From: Gemmatimonadales bacterium | GTDB taxonomy: Bacteria > Gemmatimonadota > Gemmatimonadetes > Gemmatimonadales > GWC2-71-9 | Direction of reading: 5' to 3' | Assembly (NCBI GenBank): GCA_041613315.1 | Contig: JBFJHJ010000029.1 | Location: 1-44,947, forward strand | Length of the DNA stretch: 44,947 bases | Shown: positions 34,641-43,431 of the stretch, piece after piece | Numbering within the stretch: position 1 is the stretch's first letter | Layout of the letters: the number at the start of each line of letters is the position of its first letter | Made by a program: the position numbers and the translations under genes | Notes under the pieces: generated by a model | What the model was told of the DNA's origin: nothing | The model's database searches: none | Seen by the model: the letters and a program-made list of their open reading frames with translations, nothing else

Positions 34641-35971
34641 GCGCGGATCCGCTGCTCGAGGTACCCCGCCACCTGATCGACGGCGACGCGCTCCTGCGCC
34701 AAGGTGTCGCGGTCGCGGACCGTGACCGTGTGGTCGGTGAGACTCTGCCCGTCCACCGTGATGCCGAAGGGCGTTCCCGCCTCGTCCTGCCGACGATAGC
34801 GCCGCCCGATCGAGCCGCCGTCATCGTAGAACACCGGCACGCGGCGCCGCAGCCCATCGAACAGGCGACGCGCCAGCTCCGGCATCCCGTCCTTCTTGAC
34901 CAGCGGAAAGACCCCGGCCTTGATCGGCGCCAGCGCCGGGTTCAGGCCGAGCACGATCCGCTGCTCGCCCTCGACCTCCTCCTCCCGATACGCGTCCACC
35001 AGCACGACCAGCGCCAGCCGGTCGGCGCCGAGCGACGTCTCGACCACGTACGGCACGAAGGTCTCCTTGGACGCGGGATCGAGGTAGGCGAGCTTCTTGC
35101 CGGAGAACTCCTGATGCCGGCGCAAGTCGAAGTCCGTCCGATTGTGGATGCCTTCGAACTCCTGCCACCCGAAGGGAAACTCGTACTGGATGTCGTCCGC
35201 CTTCTTCGCGTAGTGGGCGAGCTCGTCGGGCCCATGCTCGTGAAAGCGCAACTTCTCCGCTCGGATCCCCAGCTCTCGATGCCACGCCATCCGACGGGCC
35301 CGCCATTCCTGGAACCAACGCTCGTCGTCACCGGGTTTCACGAAGAACTGCATCTCCATCTGCTCGAACTCCCGCGTCCGAAAGATGAAGTTGCCAGGGG
35401 TAATCTCGTTGCGGAACGCCTTGCCGATCTGGGCAATGCCGAAGGGGATCTTCTGTCGCGACGACTGCAGGACGTTGAGGTAGTTCACGTAGATCCCCTG
35501 CGCCGTCTCGGGACGCAGATACACCACTGCGGCCTCGTCCTCCACGGGGCCCATGAACGTCTTGAACATGAGGTTGAACTGGCGCGGCGCCGTGAGCGAA
35601 CCGCGGTTGCCGCAGGCGGGGCACTGGGCATCGGGCTGACCGGGCTCGCCCTTGATGCGCTCGTCGTCGGCGCGGAAGCGCTTCTTGCACACTTTGCAGT
35701 CCACCAGGGGATCGGTGAACCCGGCCACGTGCCCCGACGCCTCCCACACCTTCGGGTGCATCAGGATCGCCGCGTCCACCCCCTCGATATCGTCCCGCTC
35801 GTGGACCATGGAGCGCCACCAGCGGTCCTTCAGGTTGTTCTTGAGCTCGACGCCAAGCGGCCCGTAGTCCCACACCGACCCCAGGCCGCCGTAGATCTCC
35901 GACGACTGGAAGATGAACCCGCGGCGTTTCGCGAGCGAAACCAGTTTGTCCATCCGTGTGGTGTCAGCCAT
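34637..35971 (-). CDS. glyQS: Glycine--tRNA ligase, homodimeric (alpha2) type
   Basis: YDYGPLG-like WDYGPLGVELK, WEASGH, FNLMF, YLRPETAQG, FRNEI, FRTREFEQME, LAHY, SIGRRYRRQDEAG. Confidence 0.97.
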   Translation of the reverse strand: MADTTRMDKLVSLAKRRGFIFQSSEIYGGLGSVWDYGPLGVELKNNLKDRWWRSMVHERDDIEGVDAAILMHPKVWEASGHVAGFTDPLVDCKVCKKRFRADDERIKGEPGQPDAQCPACGNRGSLTAPRQFNLMFKTFMGPVEDEAAVVYLRPETAQGIYVNYLNVLQSSRQKIPFGIAQIGKAFRNEITPGNFIFRTREFEQMEMQFFVKPGDDERWFQEWRARRMAWHRELGIRAEKLRFHEHGPDELAHYAKKADDIQYEFPFGWQEFEGIHNRTDFDLRRHQEFSGKKLAYLDPASKETFVPYVVETSLGADRLALVVLVDAYREEEVEGEQRIVLGLNPALAPIKAGVFPLVKKDGMPELARRLFDGLRRRVPVFYDDGGSIGRRYRRQDEAGTPFGITVDGQSLTDHTVTVRDRDTLAQERVAVDQVAGYLEQRIRA

Positions 35972-36019
35972 TGGACAGTGCGCGTCGCGTCCGGGGTTGG
36001 CGATGAGGGGAAGGCCCGA

Positions 36020-36049
36020 AGTATAGGCGTCCCGCTATCGTCCCAGCAA
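36020..36049 (-). promoter_or_regulatory. Putative sigma70 promoter of glyQS
   Basis: Minus strand TTGCTG-N18-TATACT. Confidence 0.55.
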
Positions 36050-37135
36050 GCGAAGTACGCGCGCCACGCCGACGGCGGCGCGCGATTCGAGATCGGTGGC
36101 CGTCCACCGACCGCCACCCGACTCCAGGTACACGCCGGGGGGCACGTCGGTCGCCTGCGGCGCCAGCAGCAGCACGGGAACGCCTGCCGCCTGCGCGCGT
36201 TGCATCACTTCGCCGGTGAGCTTGCCGCCCACCGACGAGCGATCGAACGCCCCCTCCCCGGTCACGACGAGCCGTGCGCCGTCCAGCGCCCCCGCAAACC
36301 CGGTCGCCTCGAGCACGAACGCCGCGCCGGCCACGAGCTCAGCGCCACCGAAGACGATCAGGCCGAACCCGAGGCCCCCGGCGGCACCGGCGCCGGGCCG
36401 CTGAGCGGCATCCCGCGCTCCCGACGCCGCCACCGTGGCCAACCGCTCGAGGCCCTGCGCGAGCCGTGCCTCCGCGGCCGCCGAGGCCCCTTTCTGCGCG
36501 GCGAACAGGCGGGCCCCCGTCACGCCCAAGAGCGGATTCGCCACGTCGCACAGACCCACCAATCGGACGGGCGGGCGGCGGCCGGGCTCGAGGCGCGCGA
36601 GATCCGACAGCGCCCCACCTCCCTCCGCGAGCACCGCACCCCGCGCGTCGCGCGGCGCCCACCCCCACGCCCTCGCCATCCCCAGTCCACCATCCATCGT
36701 CGCGCTGCCACCCAAGCCCACATAGACGACGCGGGCACCATCAGCCGCGACCCGCTGGATAACGACACCGACCCCCTTGGTCGACGTCCGGAGCGGGTCG
36801 CGCTCGTCCGGGGCCAGGAGGCTCAGGCCGCACACCAGGCGCGACTCCAACACGACCGCGTGATCGTCCAACCACCCCACCGGCGCCTGGATGGGCCGCA
36901 TCATGGGATCCGGCGCGTCATAGCTCGTAACGCGCGCGCAGTGCGGGGCCAAGGCCTCCAGCAGCCCGTCCCCACCGTCGCTCCCCAGCATCACCCGGGG
37001 CTCAGCGCCGGCCCGCCGAACCCCTCGTCCCAGCGCTGCGGCCACCTCGGCCGCCGACAGGGTTTCCTTGAACGCCTGCGCGATGACCAGGACGGCGCTC
37101 CGGTGTGCCGGGCGGATCTCACTTTTCTGCGACAT
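36035..37135 (-). CDS. Glycerate kinase (GlxK/GarK family)
   Basis: AFKETLS, DGGDG, GLGGSATMDGG, FAAQKGA, GAGAAGGLG, TGEG; start uncertain. Confidence 0.88.
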   Translation of the reverse strand: MSQKSEIRPAHRSAVLVIAQAFKETLSAAEVAAALGRGVRRAGAEPRVMLGSDGGDGLLEALAPHCARVTSYDAPDPMMRPIQAPVGWLDDHAVVLESRLVCGLSLLAPDERDPLRTSTKGVGVVIQRVAADGARVVYVGLGGSATMDGGLGMARAWGWAPRDARGAVLAEGGGALSDLARLEPGRRPPVRLVGLCDVANPLLGVTGARLFAAQKGASAAAEARLAQGLERLATVAASGARDAAQRPGAGAAGGLGFGLIVFGGAELVAGAAFVLEATGFAGALDGARLVVTGEGAFDRSSVGGKLTGEVMQRAQAAGVPVLLLAPQATDVPPGVYLESGGGRWTATDLESRAAVGVARVLRLLGR

Positions 37136-37509
37136 GTAATGCCCTAACATGAAGTGCCGCTAGAACTTGCGCAATCACACGCCCCCACTTACTTTGCGGG
37201 CTCGGGGTATCCGCGTCTGGCGCTCCCATGCGTCGGCCCGCTGACCCAAGAGTGCCACCCACGCCGCGTGATTGAGCTGTAATCCATTGTCAAAAGTTGA
37301 CTTACGGCTCTACTCCACGCTCCGGGCTGCCATGTCTCGTCCCCGCCGCCGCGAGGACGGTCCGGAACGCGTTCGACGGCCGCCCGGACCGGTCGCCCTC
37401 TCTCGCCCCGGAGCCGGTCGGTGATGGGTCTCCGTACGTCACAGTAGTTGCGGCGCACGGCCGATATCATGGGGGGTTACCGGGAGTTACGGGCCCGCCT
37501 CACGACGTC

Positions 37510-37525
37510 GGTGATGCTCGTCACA
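37510..37525. promoter_or_regulatory. CRP/FNR-family-like site upstream of wzc
   Basis: GGTGA-tgctcg-TCACA (9/10). Confidence 0.4.
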
Positions 37526-37541
37526 CAGCAGAGCAGGCACC

Positions 37542-39893
37542 ATGGAACCACGTAGTCCAGGGAACGACGCACGGCCACGTCACCGCGAGATCCATGTCAA
37601 GGACCTCTGGGCCGTCGTCGTACGCCATTGGAAGCTGGTCGCCCTTCTGACGGTGTTGGTGGCCGGCGGCGCGTACTTCTCCGGGCGCCGCGCCGTGCCG
37701 CGCTACCAGTCCAACCTCACGGTGCAGGTCAGCTCGGCGAAGCAGGTGTTCGCCCGTTCGGACGACATCGACGTGGATGAGCTCGCGCTCCGCACGGACC
37801 CTGTGCTCTCGGAAGCGCTGGTGCTCACGACGCAGGGCTTGGCGCTCAAGGTGGTCGCGGCGCTGGAGCTCGAGCTAGAGCTGGAGGACGCCGGCATTCG
37901 GCGTGGCGCGGTCTTCGGGCGGATTGAGGTCGATTCTGCCGCCCGGCGTGGCGCGTTCGAGCTCACGCGGTTCGGCGCGGATGGGGGCTGGTCCCTGCGG
38001 GACGCCCGCGGCGCCTTGGTCGACAGCGGTGGGTACGCGCGTCCGGTGCAGGGTCCCGGGTTCCGCGCGCAGGTCGTGCCGGCGACGGACCGTGACCGGG
38101 TGCGCTTCCACATCGTGCGGCCCGAAGAGGCGGCAGCGTGGGTGAGCGCCGGGCTCGGCTACCGCGTGCGGCAGAGCACCAATGCCGTGGACGTGACGTT
38201 TACCGGCACGGATCCCTCCCTCGTTCCGCTGGTGCTGAACCAGGCCGCGGTCGAGCTGCGTCGCGACGGCGCCGAGCGCGCCCGACAGACGGCGGCCCGC
38301 CGCAGCACATACGTCGCCGAGCAGCTGGAACGCGCCGAGATCGCCTCGCAGGAAAAACTGGCCGAGCTCCAGCGATACAAGGAACAGCAGCAGATCACCG
38401 ACCTCTCGACCGAGGAGCAGGCGATCTTCCTCTCCATTCGGGACTTCGAACACGAGCGCCAGCGGATCCGCGTGCAGATCGCGACCCTGCGCGACGTGCT
38501 CACCAGCGCCGACTCGTTCGGGATCGAGACGCTCAACCGGTTGGCCGCCGTGGACGGCACCGGCGGGAACGCGGCCCTGGCCTTTCAGCTCAACACGTTG
38601 CTCGAGCTCTATGACCAGCGGCGCAGCCTCACGGCCGGCGCGTTGGGGCTGCGCGAGAACAACCCGCAGGTCGAAGCAATCGACCAGCGGATCCGCCAGG
38701 GACATGTGGCGCTGCGCGGCGCGGTGGCCGCCACCCTCGAGAACCTCGAGGGTCGGGACGCGGCGACCCGGAGCAAGATCGCCGAGCTGCGGCAGCAGCT
38801 GATGGCGTTCCCCGGCAAGGAGACGCGCATCGCCCAGCTGCAGTTGGAGAGCAGCATCCTGAGCGACACCTACCGCTACCTGCTCGGCCAATTCCAGCAG
38901 GCCAGGATGCAGGAAGCCACAATCTCTCCGTATGTGGCGATCCTCGACGGCGCTTCGCCGTCGGCGAGAATCGGCACGAGTCTGCGACAGAAAATCATCC
39001 TCGGGATCCTGGTGGGGCTGCTGCTAGGGCTGGGCGGCGCCTTCTTCCTCGAGTACCTCGACCAGACGATCAAGACCTCGGCGGACATCGAGCGCGTGGT
39101 GGGCACACCGGTGCTGGGACTGATTCCCGACGAGCAGGCCCTGGCGTCGGCGGCCAACGGCCGCGGCGGGTCCCTCGTCGTGGTCTCAAACCTGGAATCG
39201 GACGATCCCGCCGTGGAGGCCTACCGCGCGTTGCGGACCAACGTCACGTTCGTCGGCGCGGAGAAACCGCTCCAGCTGATCGCCGTGACGAGCCCCGGCC
39301 CGGGTGAGGGGAAGTCCACCACCGCCGCCAACCTGGCCTTCACGATGGCGGGCAGCGGCAGCCGCGTGCTCCTGATGGACGGGGATCTCCGGCGGCCGCA
39401 GCAGCATCGGGTCTTCGGCATCGCGCAGGAGCCGGGCCTCACCGACATCCTCGTGGGACGCGCCTCAGCGCGCGAAGCGGTCCGTCCCGAGGTGAGCGGG
39501 CGGCTGGACGTCCTGCCAAGCGGCGCCTCGCCACCCAACCCGTCGGAGCTCCTGGGGTCCGACGCCATGCAGCGCCTCGTGGGAGAGCTGCGTCGCGACT
39601 ACGAGTACATCGTGGTGGACACGCCGCCCATGCTCCCGGTCACCGATGCGACGGTCGTCGCCACCGTGGCCGATGCGACGATCATGGTGATCCGCAGCGG
39701 TGAAACCGAAGAGAGCGCGGCGCAGCGGGCGGTGGACCAATTGCGACGGGTGCGGGCCCGCATTGCCGGCGCCGTGCTGAACGGCGTGAGCCGCCGGCAC
39801 GATCAGTACTACACCTACTATGCGCATGGACGGGAAATCGGTGGCCGCCGCAGAGCCCGGGGCCTCCGGGCACGTATCGCGGGAATGCTCTAA
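37542..39893 (+). CDS. wzc: Polysaccharide co-polymerase / BY-kinase (Wzc-like tyrosine autokinase)
   Basis: Two TMs flanking a coiled-coil periplasmic region; EAYRALRTN, Walker A GEGKST, DGDLRRP, PPNPSELL, VDTPP; Tyr cluster DQYYTYY. Confidence 0.92.
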   Translation: MEPRSPGNDARPRHREIHVKDLWAVVVRHWKLVALLTVLVAGGAYFSGRRAVPRYQSNLTVQVSSAKQVFARSDDIDVDELALRTDPVLSEALVLTTQGLALKVVAALELELELEDAGIRRGAVFGRIEVDSAARRGAFELTRFGADGGWSLRDARGALVDSGGYARPVQGPGFRAQVVPATDRDRVRFHIVRPEEAAAWVSAGLGYRVRQSTNAVDVTFTGTDPSLVPLVLNQAAVELRRDGAERARQTAARRSTYVAEQLERAEIASQEKLAELQRYKEQQQITDLSTEEQAIFLSIRDFEHERQRIRVQIATLRDVLTSADSFGIETLNRLAAVDGTGGNAALAFQLNTLLELYDQRRSLTAGALGLRENNPQVEAIDQRIRQGHVALRGAVAATLENLEGRDAATRSKIAELRQQLMAFPGKETRIAQLQLESSILSDTYRYLLGQFQQARMQEATISPYVAILDGASPSARIGTSLRQKIILGILVGLLLGLGGAFFLEYLDQTIKTSADIERVVGTPVLGLIPDEQALASAANGRGGSLVVVSNLESDDPAVEAYRALRTNVTFVGAEKPLQLIAVTSPGPGEGKSTTAANLAFTMAGSGSRVLLMDGDLRRPQQHRVFGIAQEPGLTDILVGRASAREAVRPEVSGRLDVLPSGASPPNPSELLGSDAMQRLVGELRRDYEYIVVDTPPMLPVTDATVVATVADATIMVIRSGETEESAAQRAVDQLRRVRARIAGAVLNGVSRRHDQYYTYYAHGREIGGRRRARGLRARIAGML

Positions 39894-39948
39894 GTGTTTG
39901 TTGCACAACGCATTACAACCTCGCCGCGCGCTTCGTGGCGCGACGATA

Positions 39949-39977
39949 TTGACACCCCGTCACGGCTGCCTTAGGTT
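39949..39977 (+). promoter_or_regulatory. Sigma70 promoter with no downstream CDS
   Basis: TTGACA-N17-TAGGTT. Confidence 0.65.
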
Positions 39978-39983
39978 CCGCAT

Positions 39984-40070
39984 CTGAAAGGCCCTGCCCA
40001 CACTAGGTTCTAGGGCGCATAGTGTGCGGCGGGCACTCCCCCTAGGGCTTCGGCCCTAGGGGGTTTTCTT
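39984..40070 (+). ncRNA. Candidate ~85-nt small RNA, family not recognised
   Basis: Own promoter; hairpin 39991-40005/40020-40034; ends in an intrinsic terminator; no ORF. Confidence 0.5.
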
Positions 40071-40072
40071 TT
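40038..40072 (+). terminator. Intrinsic terminator
   Basis: CCCCCTAGGGC-TTCG-GCCCTAGGGGG perfect 11-bp stem with cUUCGg loop, followed by TTTTCTTTT. Confidence 0.9.
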
Positions 40073-41355
40073 CACGCGGCTTCCACGATCTGGTCCCGCC
40101 GAGTCCCGACGCTCACATACGTGATCGGGGTCTCGAGCAGCGCCTCAAGCCGGTCGAGGTACGCGCGGGCACCCGGCGGCAGGTCGCTCAGGCGCCGCGC
40201 ACCGCCGGTGGGCGTGCACCACCCGTCCAGCGTCTCGTACACCGGCTCCACCGTGCCGAGCAATCGAGCGTCCGCGGGAATCTCATCGAGCTGTTCGCCG
40301 TCCGCACGGTACCCGATGCAGATGGGGATCTGCGCAATCGTGTCCAACACGTCGAGCTTGGTGACGGCGAGATTGGTCAAGCCGTTGACGCGCACCGCGT
40401 AGCGCGCGACGACGGCATCGAACCAGCCACACCGGCGCGGCCGTCCGGTCGTCGCGCCGAACTCGCCTCCGAGCGTGCGCAGACGTTCGGCCTGCGGGTC
40501 GTCCGCTTCCGTCGGGAGTGGGCCGTTCCCGACGCGGGTGGTGTACGCCTTCACGACGCCAAGCACCGCATCTACGGCCGTCGGGCCGATGCCGGCGCCC
40601 ACGGCGGCAGCTCCTGCCGTCGTGTTCGACGACGTCACGTACGGATACGTGCCGTGGTCCACGTCGAGCATCGCACCCTGCGCGCCCTCGAGGAGAACGC
40701 GCTGCCCGGCCCGCAGCGCCGCCTGGGCCACCCGGCCGGCATCGGCGGCCAACGGAAGGAGCGCCGGCGCGAGCCGCTCCAGCAGCCGCACGTGCTCGTC
40801 GGCGTCCGCCAGGTCCTCGGCCCCCATGAGCCGCAACAGCCCATTGGCCCGCGCCACCCGCTCACGGACCAGGGTCGCGGCGCGATCGAGGGTTCGGAGG
40901 TCCACCACGCGCAGCCCGCGTCGCCCGAACTTGTCCTCGTAGGCGGGCCCGATCCCGCGCCCCGTGGTCCCGATGCGCTGGCTACGCTCCGCCGCGCGGT
41001 CCATGAGCTTGTGGTAGGGCAGCACCAGATGCGCCCGGTCGGACACGACCAGTCGGGTCCGGACTTCCACCCCGCGCGCCTCCAACTCGTGAACCTCCTT
41101 CAGCAGCGTCTCCGGATCGAGCACCACGCCGTTCCCGATGACGCAACGCGTCCCCGTGTGCAGGATGCCGGATGGGATCTGGTGGAGGATGAACCGAGCG
41201 TCGCCCTTCACGACGGTGTGGCCCGCGTTGGCCCCGCCTTGGTAGCGGATCACGACGTCGGCGCGCTCGGCGAGCACGTCTACGATCTTGCCTTTGCCCT
41301 CATCGCCCCACTGCGCGCCGACCACGACCACGCAGTGACGATCCGGACCGAACAT
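40072..41355 (-). CDS. purA: Adenylosuccinate synthetase
   Basis: GAQWGDEGKGK, GGANAGHT, GTTGRGIGPAY, EGAQG, GTYPYVTSS, GATTGRPRRCGWFD, TKLD; GGGAGG SD before ATG 41355. Confidence 0.98.
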   Translation of the reverse strand: MFGPDRHCVVVVGAQWGDEGKGKIVDVLAERADVVIRYQGGANAGHTVVKGDARFILHQIPSGILHTGTRCVIGNGVVLDPETLLKEVHELEARGVEVRTRLVVSDRAHLVLPYHKLMDRAAERSQRIGTTGRGIGPAYEDKFGRRGLRVVDLRTLDRAATLVRERVARANGLLRLMGAEDLADADEHVRLLERLAPALLPLAADAGRVAQAALRAGQRVLLEGAQGAMLDVDHGTYPYVTSSNTTAGAAAVGAGIGPTAVDAVLGVVKAYTTRVGNGPLPTEADDPQAERLRTLGGEFGATTGRPRRCGWFDAVVARYAVRVNGLTNLAVTKLDVLDTIAQIPICIGYRADGEQLDEIPADARLLGTVEPVYETLDGWCTPTGGARRLSDLPPGARAYLDRLEALLETPITYVSVGTRRDQIVEAA

Positions 41356-41380
41356 GCGCTGCCTCCCAGGCAGGGGCACG

Positions 41381-41411
41381 AAAAACGCCCCGGGGGCTGC
41401 CTCCGGGGCGT
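41381..41411 (-). terminator. Terminator-like hairpin in the purA upstream region
   Basis: Minus strand ACGCCCCGG-N9-CCGGGGCGT followed by TTTT. Confidence 0.65.
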
Positions 41412-41421
41412 CCTCTGTGGC

Positions 41422-41450
41422 AAGCTATGGCGGCGCGAAAACCCCGTCAA
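41422..41450 (-). promoter_or_regulatory. Sigma70 promoter upstream of purA
   Basis: Minus strand TTGACG-N17-TAGCTT. Confidence 0.65.
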
Positions 41451-42577
41451 CCGAGGAGCGTTCCGAGCGCCGCGGCGGCGGCATCCCCCGCCATCAGCGC
41501 CGCACGCACGTCCACCCGATCCGGCCCGTCCTGCGCCGTGTGGACGATCGCCAGTGTCTGCCAGTCGCCCCGGCTCAGCGTAACCCCCTGCAGTCCGGCT
41601 CCCGCAAGAACGGCGCCATCCACCAGGACCCCCGGCGGGAGCCGACCGACGCGGACCGGAGCACCCCGGGCGCGGAGCGCCGCGGTCACGGCGTCCGCCA
41701 CCCGGCGAGCACCGGACCCGCGGTGGCGCATGACGTGAAACCGGCCCCGGCTGTCCACGCCATCGATATTGATGAACAGGGCATGGGGCGGCCGCGTCCG
41801 CACCCAGGCGCGGGCACCTTCCATGCCGAACTCTTCCGCGTCGGTGATCAGGACCCCGACATCCCGCCGCCCGACCAGCGCGCCGGCGGCGACCAGGACC
41901 GCCACGATGCCGGTCGCGTTGTCCACGGCGCCGGGCGAGCCGGGCGCGGGCGCACTCCACGAGAGGGCGCCAGCGCCGGCGAGGGCCACGAGAGCGATTG
42001 GCGTCACGGCCCACCACGCGACCGGGCCCGCGAGCCGCAGCACGAGGAGCGCGGCCATCCCGACCGCGCCTGCCCCCGCCACCGCCAGCGCGAGCACGCG
42101 CCCACGCAAGGAAAAGCGCTGCGCTTTGCTGTCCAGATGGGCCACCAACCACGCCCGCGGGTCGCCCCGAACCGCCACCAGATTGACGGCAGGCATGCGC
42201 GGCGCCGCGGACGGTAAATGCCCCTCGGCGATCCCGACTGCGATGAGCGGAACGAGCAGCAGCGCGGCCGCGGCCGTAAGCACGACGGCCCACGCAGGGA
42301 CGGCGAGCGCGAACAGGGGCACCAGCGCCAACGCGATCCATCCCAGGCCCGCGCCGGCGGCGGAGGCCGCGGCCAGGCGCGCCGCACTGGTCTCGAACTG
42401 CTGGCGCTCGACCCGGTAGCCGAGCCGGGTCAACTCCTCGCCGACCGCGGTCTCCACCCGCCGCACCGCGGCGGAGCCGGGCAACCGGTCCACCGCGATC
42501 CGGCGGAGGAACGCCGCCCAGCGCTCAGGCGGCGGCGAGTCCGGCGCCGACGAGGAGCTGCCCGATGTGCTCGACAT
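41447..42577 (-). CDS. M28-family peptidase with inserted TM hairpins
   Basis: AHLDSK, GAVDNATG, AEEFG, NIDGV, HTAQD; two hydrophobic hairpins; start uncertain. Confidence 0.8.
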   Translation of the reverse strand: MSSTSGSSSSAPDSPPPERWAAFLRRIAVDRLPGSAAVRRVETAVGEELTRLGYRVERQQFETSAARLAAASAAGAGLGWIALALVPLFALAVPAWAVVLTAAAALLLVPLIAVGIAEGHLPSAAPRMPAVNLVAVRGDPRAWLVAHLDSKAQRFSLRGRVLALAVAGAGAVGMAALLVLRLAGPVAWWAVTPIALVALAGAGALSWSAPAPGSPGAVDNATGIVAVLVAAGALVGRRDVGVLITDAEEFGMEGARAWVRTRPPHALFINIDGVDSRGRFHVMRHRGSGARRVADAVTAALRARGAPVRVGRLPPGVLVDGAVLAGAGLQGVTLSRGDWQTLAIVHTAQDGPDRVDVRAALMAGDAAAAALGTLLG

Positions 42578-43421
42578 CGCGAGGCGCGAGATCGGTGAGC
42601 GGTGGGCGGACCGGCCCGCCCGCGAGGCCGACGCCGTCTATGGCCGCCTTCACCCCGGCGACGCCGAGCTTGGCCACGATTTCCGTGTGGAGCGGCGCCA
42701 CGCGTTCCTGGGCGGCGCCCGCGGCCGCCTTGTCGCCGTCCGCGAAGGCGCGTCCGATCGCGACCGCTGGCGCGGCCGCAAAGCAGCCGACGGCGGCGAT
42801 CGCCCCGGCGCCGCCCAGCTCCAGGGCGGCATAGCACAGCGCCCCGGACCCCACCAGCAGCGTCCACGCCGGCGCTGCGTCGCGGTACACGGCGAAGTTC
42901 TTGAGATCTCCCGAGGAGTCCTTCGCGCCCCACACGTTCTCATGACCGGTGAGCGCCGTGATCACCGCTTCGCTGAGCGGGAGGTGCGTGTACTTCGGGA
43001 TGTTGTAGAGAAGAATCGGGATGGGCGAGTCGTCGGCGACGCGCCGAAAGTGCTCGATCAGGGCCGGCGGCGTCAGCGCGGGCGCGTAGTACGCGGGTGG
43101 GCGGATGAGCGCCGCGTCCGCCCCTTCGTCGGCCGCCGCCCGACAGGCCGCGAGGGTGGCGCGCGTCGATTCGCGGCCCGCCCCCGCGATGAGCCAGAAC
43201 TCCTCCGACACCACGTCGCGGAGCCAGCCCACGATCTGTCGGTATTCCTCTTCGGTCAGGAGCGGCGCTTCCCCCGTGGAGCCGGCGGCGACGAGCCCCG
43301 TGACCCCCGCTGCCAGCAGTGCCCGAGCGTTCTCGCGGAGCGCCACGGGGGCCACGTCGCCGGTCGAGGGATCGAACGGCGTCGTGACCGGCACCATCAG
43401 CCCGCCGGGTCGGTCCGTCAC
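42525..43421 (-). CDS. DapA/NAL-family class I lyase (substrate uncertain)
   Basis: TPF, GSTGE, PPAYY, LYNIP, KDSSG; start moved to GTG 43421. Confidence 0.88.
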   Translation of the reverse strand: MTDRPGGLMVPVTTPFDPSTGDVAPVALRENARALLAAGVTGLVAAGSTGEAPLLTEEEYRQIVGWLRDVVSEEFWLIAGAGRESTRATLAACRAAADEGADAALIRPPAYYAPALTPPALIEHFRRVADDSPIPILLYNIPKYTHLPLSEAVITALTGHENVWGAKDSSGDLKNFAVYRDAAPAWTLLVGSGALCYAALELGGAGAIAAVGCFAAAPAVAIGRAFADGDKAAAGAAQERVAPLHTEIVAKLGVAGVKAAIDGVGLAGGPVRPPLTDLAPRDVEHIGQLLVGAGLAAA

Positions 43422-43431
43422 TCGCGGCGCA

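Noticed and set aside
35972..36034. T-box leader for glyQS
   Set aside because: The leader is only ~40 nt, with no T-box motif or terminator
37189..37650. Small ORFs 37189-37470(-) and 37297-37650(+) upstream of wzc
   Set aside because: No SD or recognisable motifs; the region is better explained as regulatory DNA
40026..40036. Pairing of the candidate sRNA with the purA leader (GGCGGGCAC vs GUGCCCCUGCC)
   Set aside because: A short bulged GC match expected by chance, and it is buried in the sRNA stem
42525..43421. Calling the lyase dapA
   Set aside because: Family motifs are present, but there is no lysine-pathway context; it could be a HOGA- or KDG-type aldolase, so no symbol was assigned
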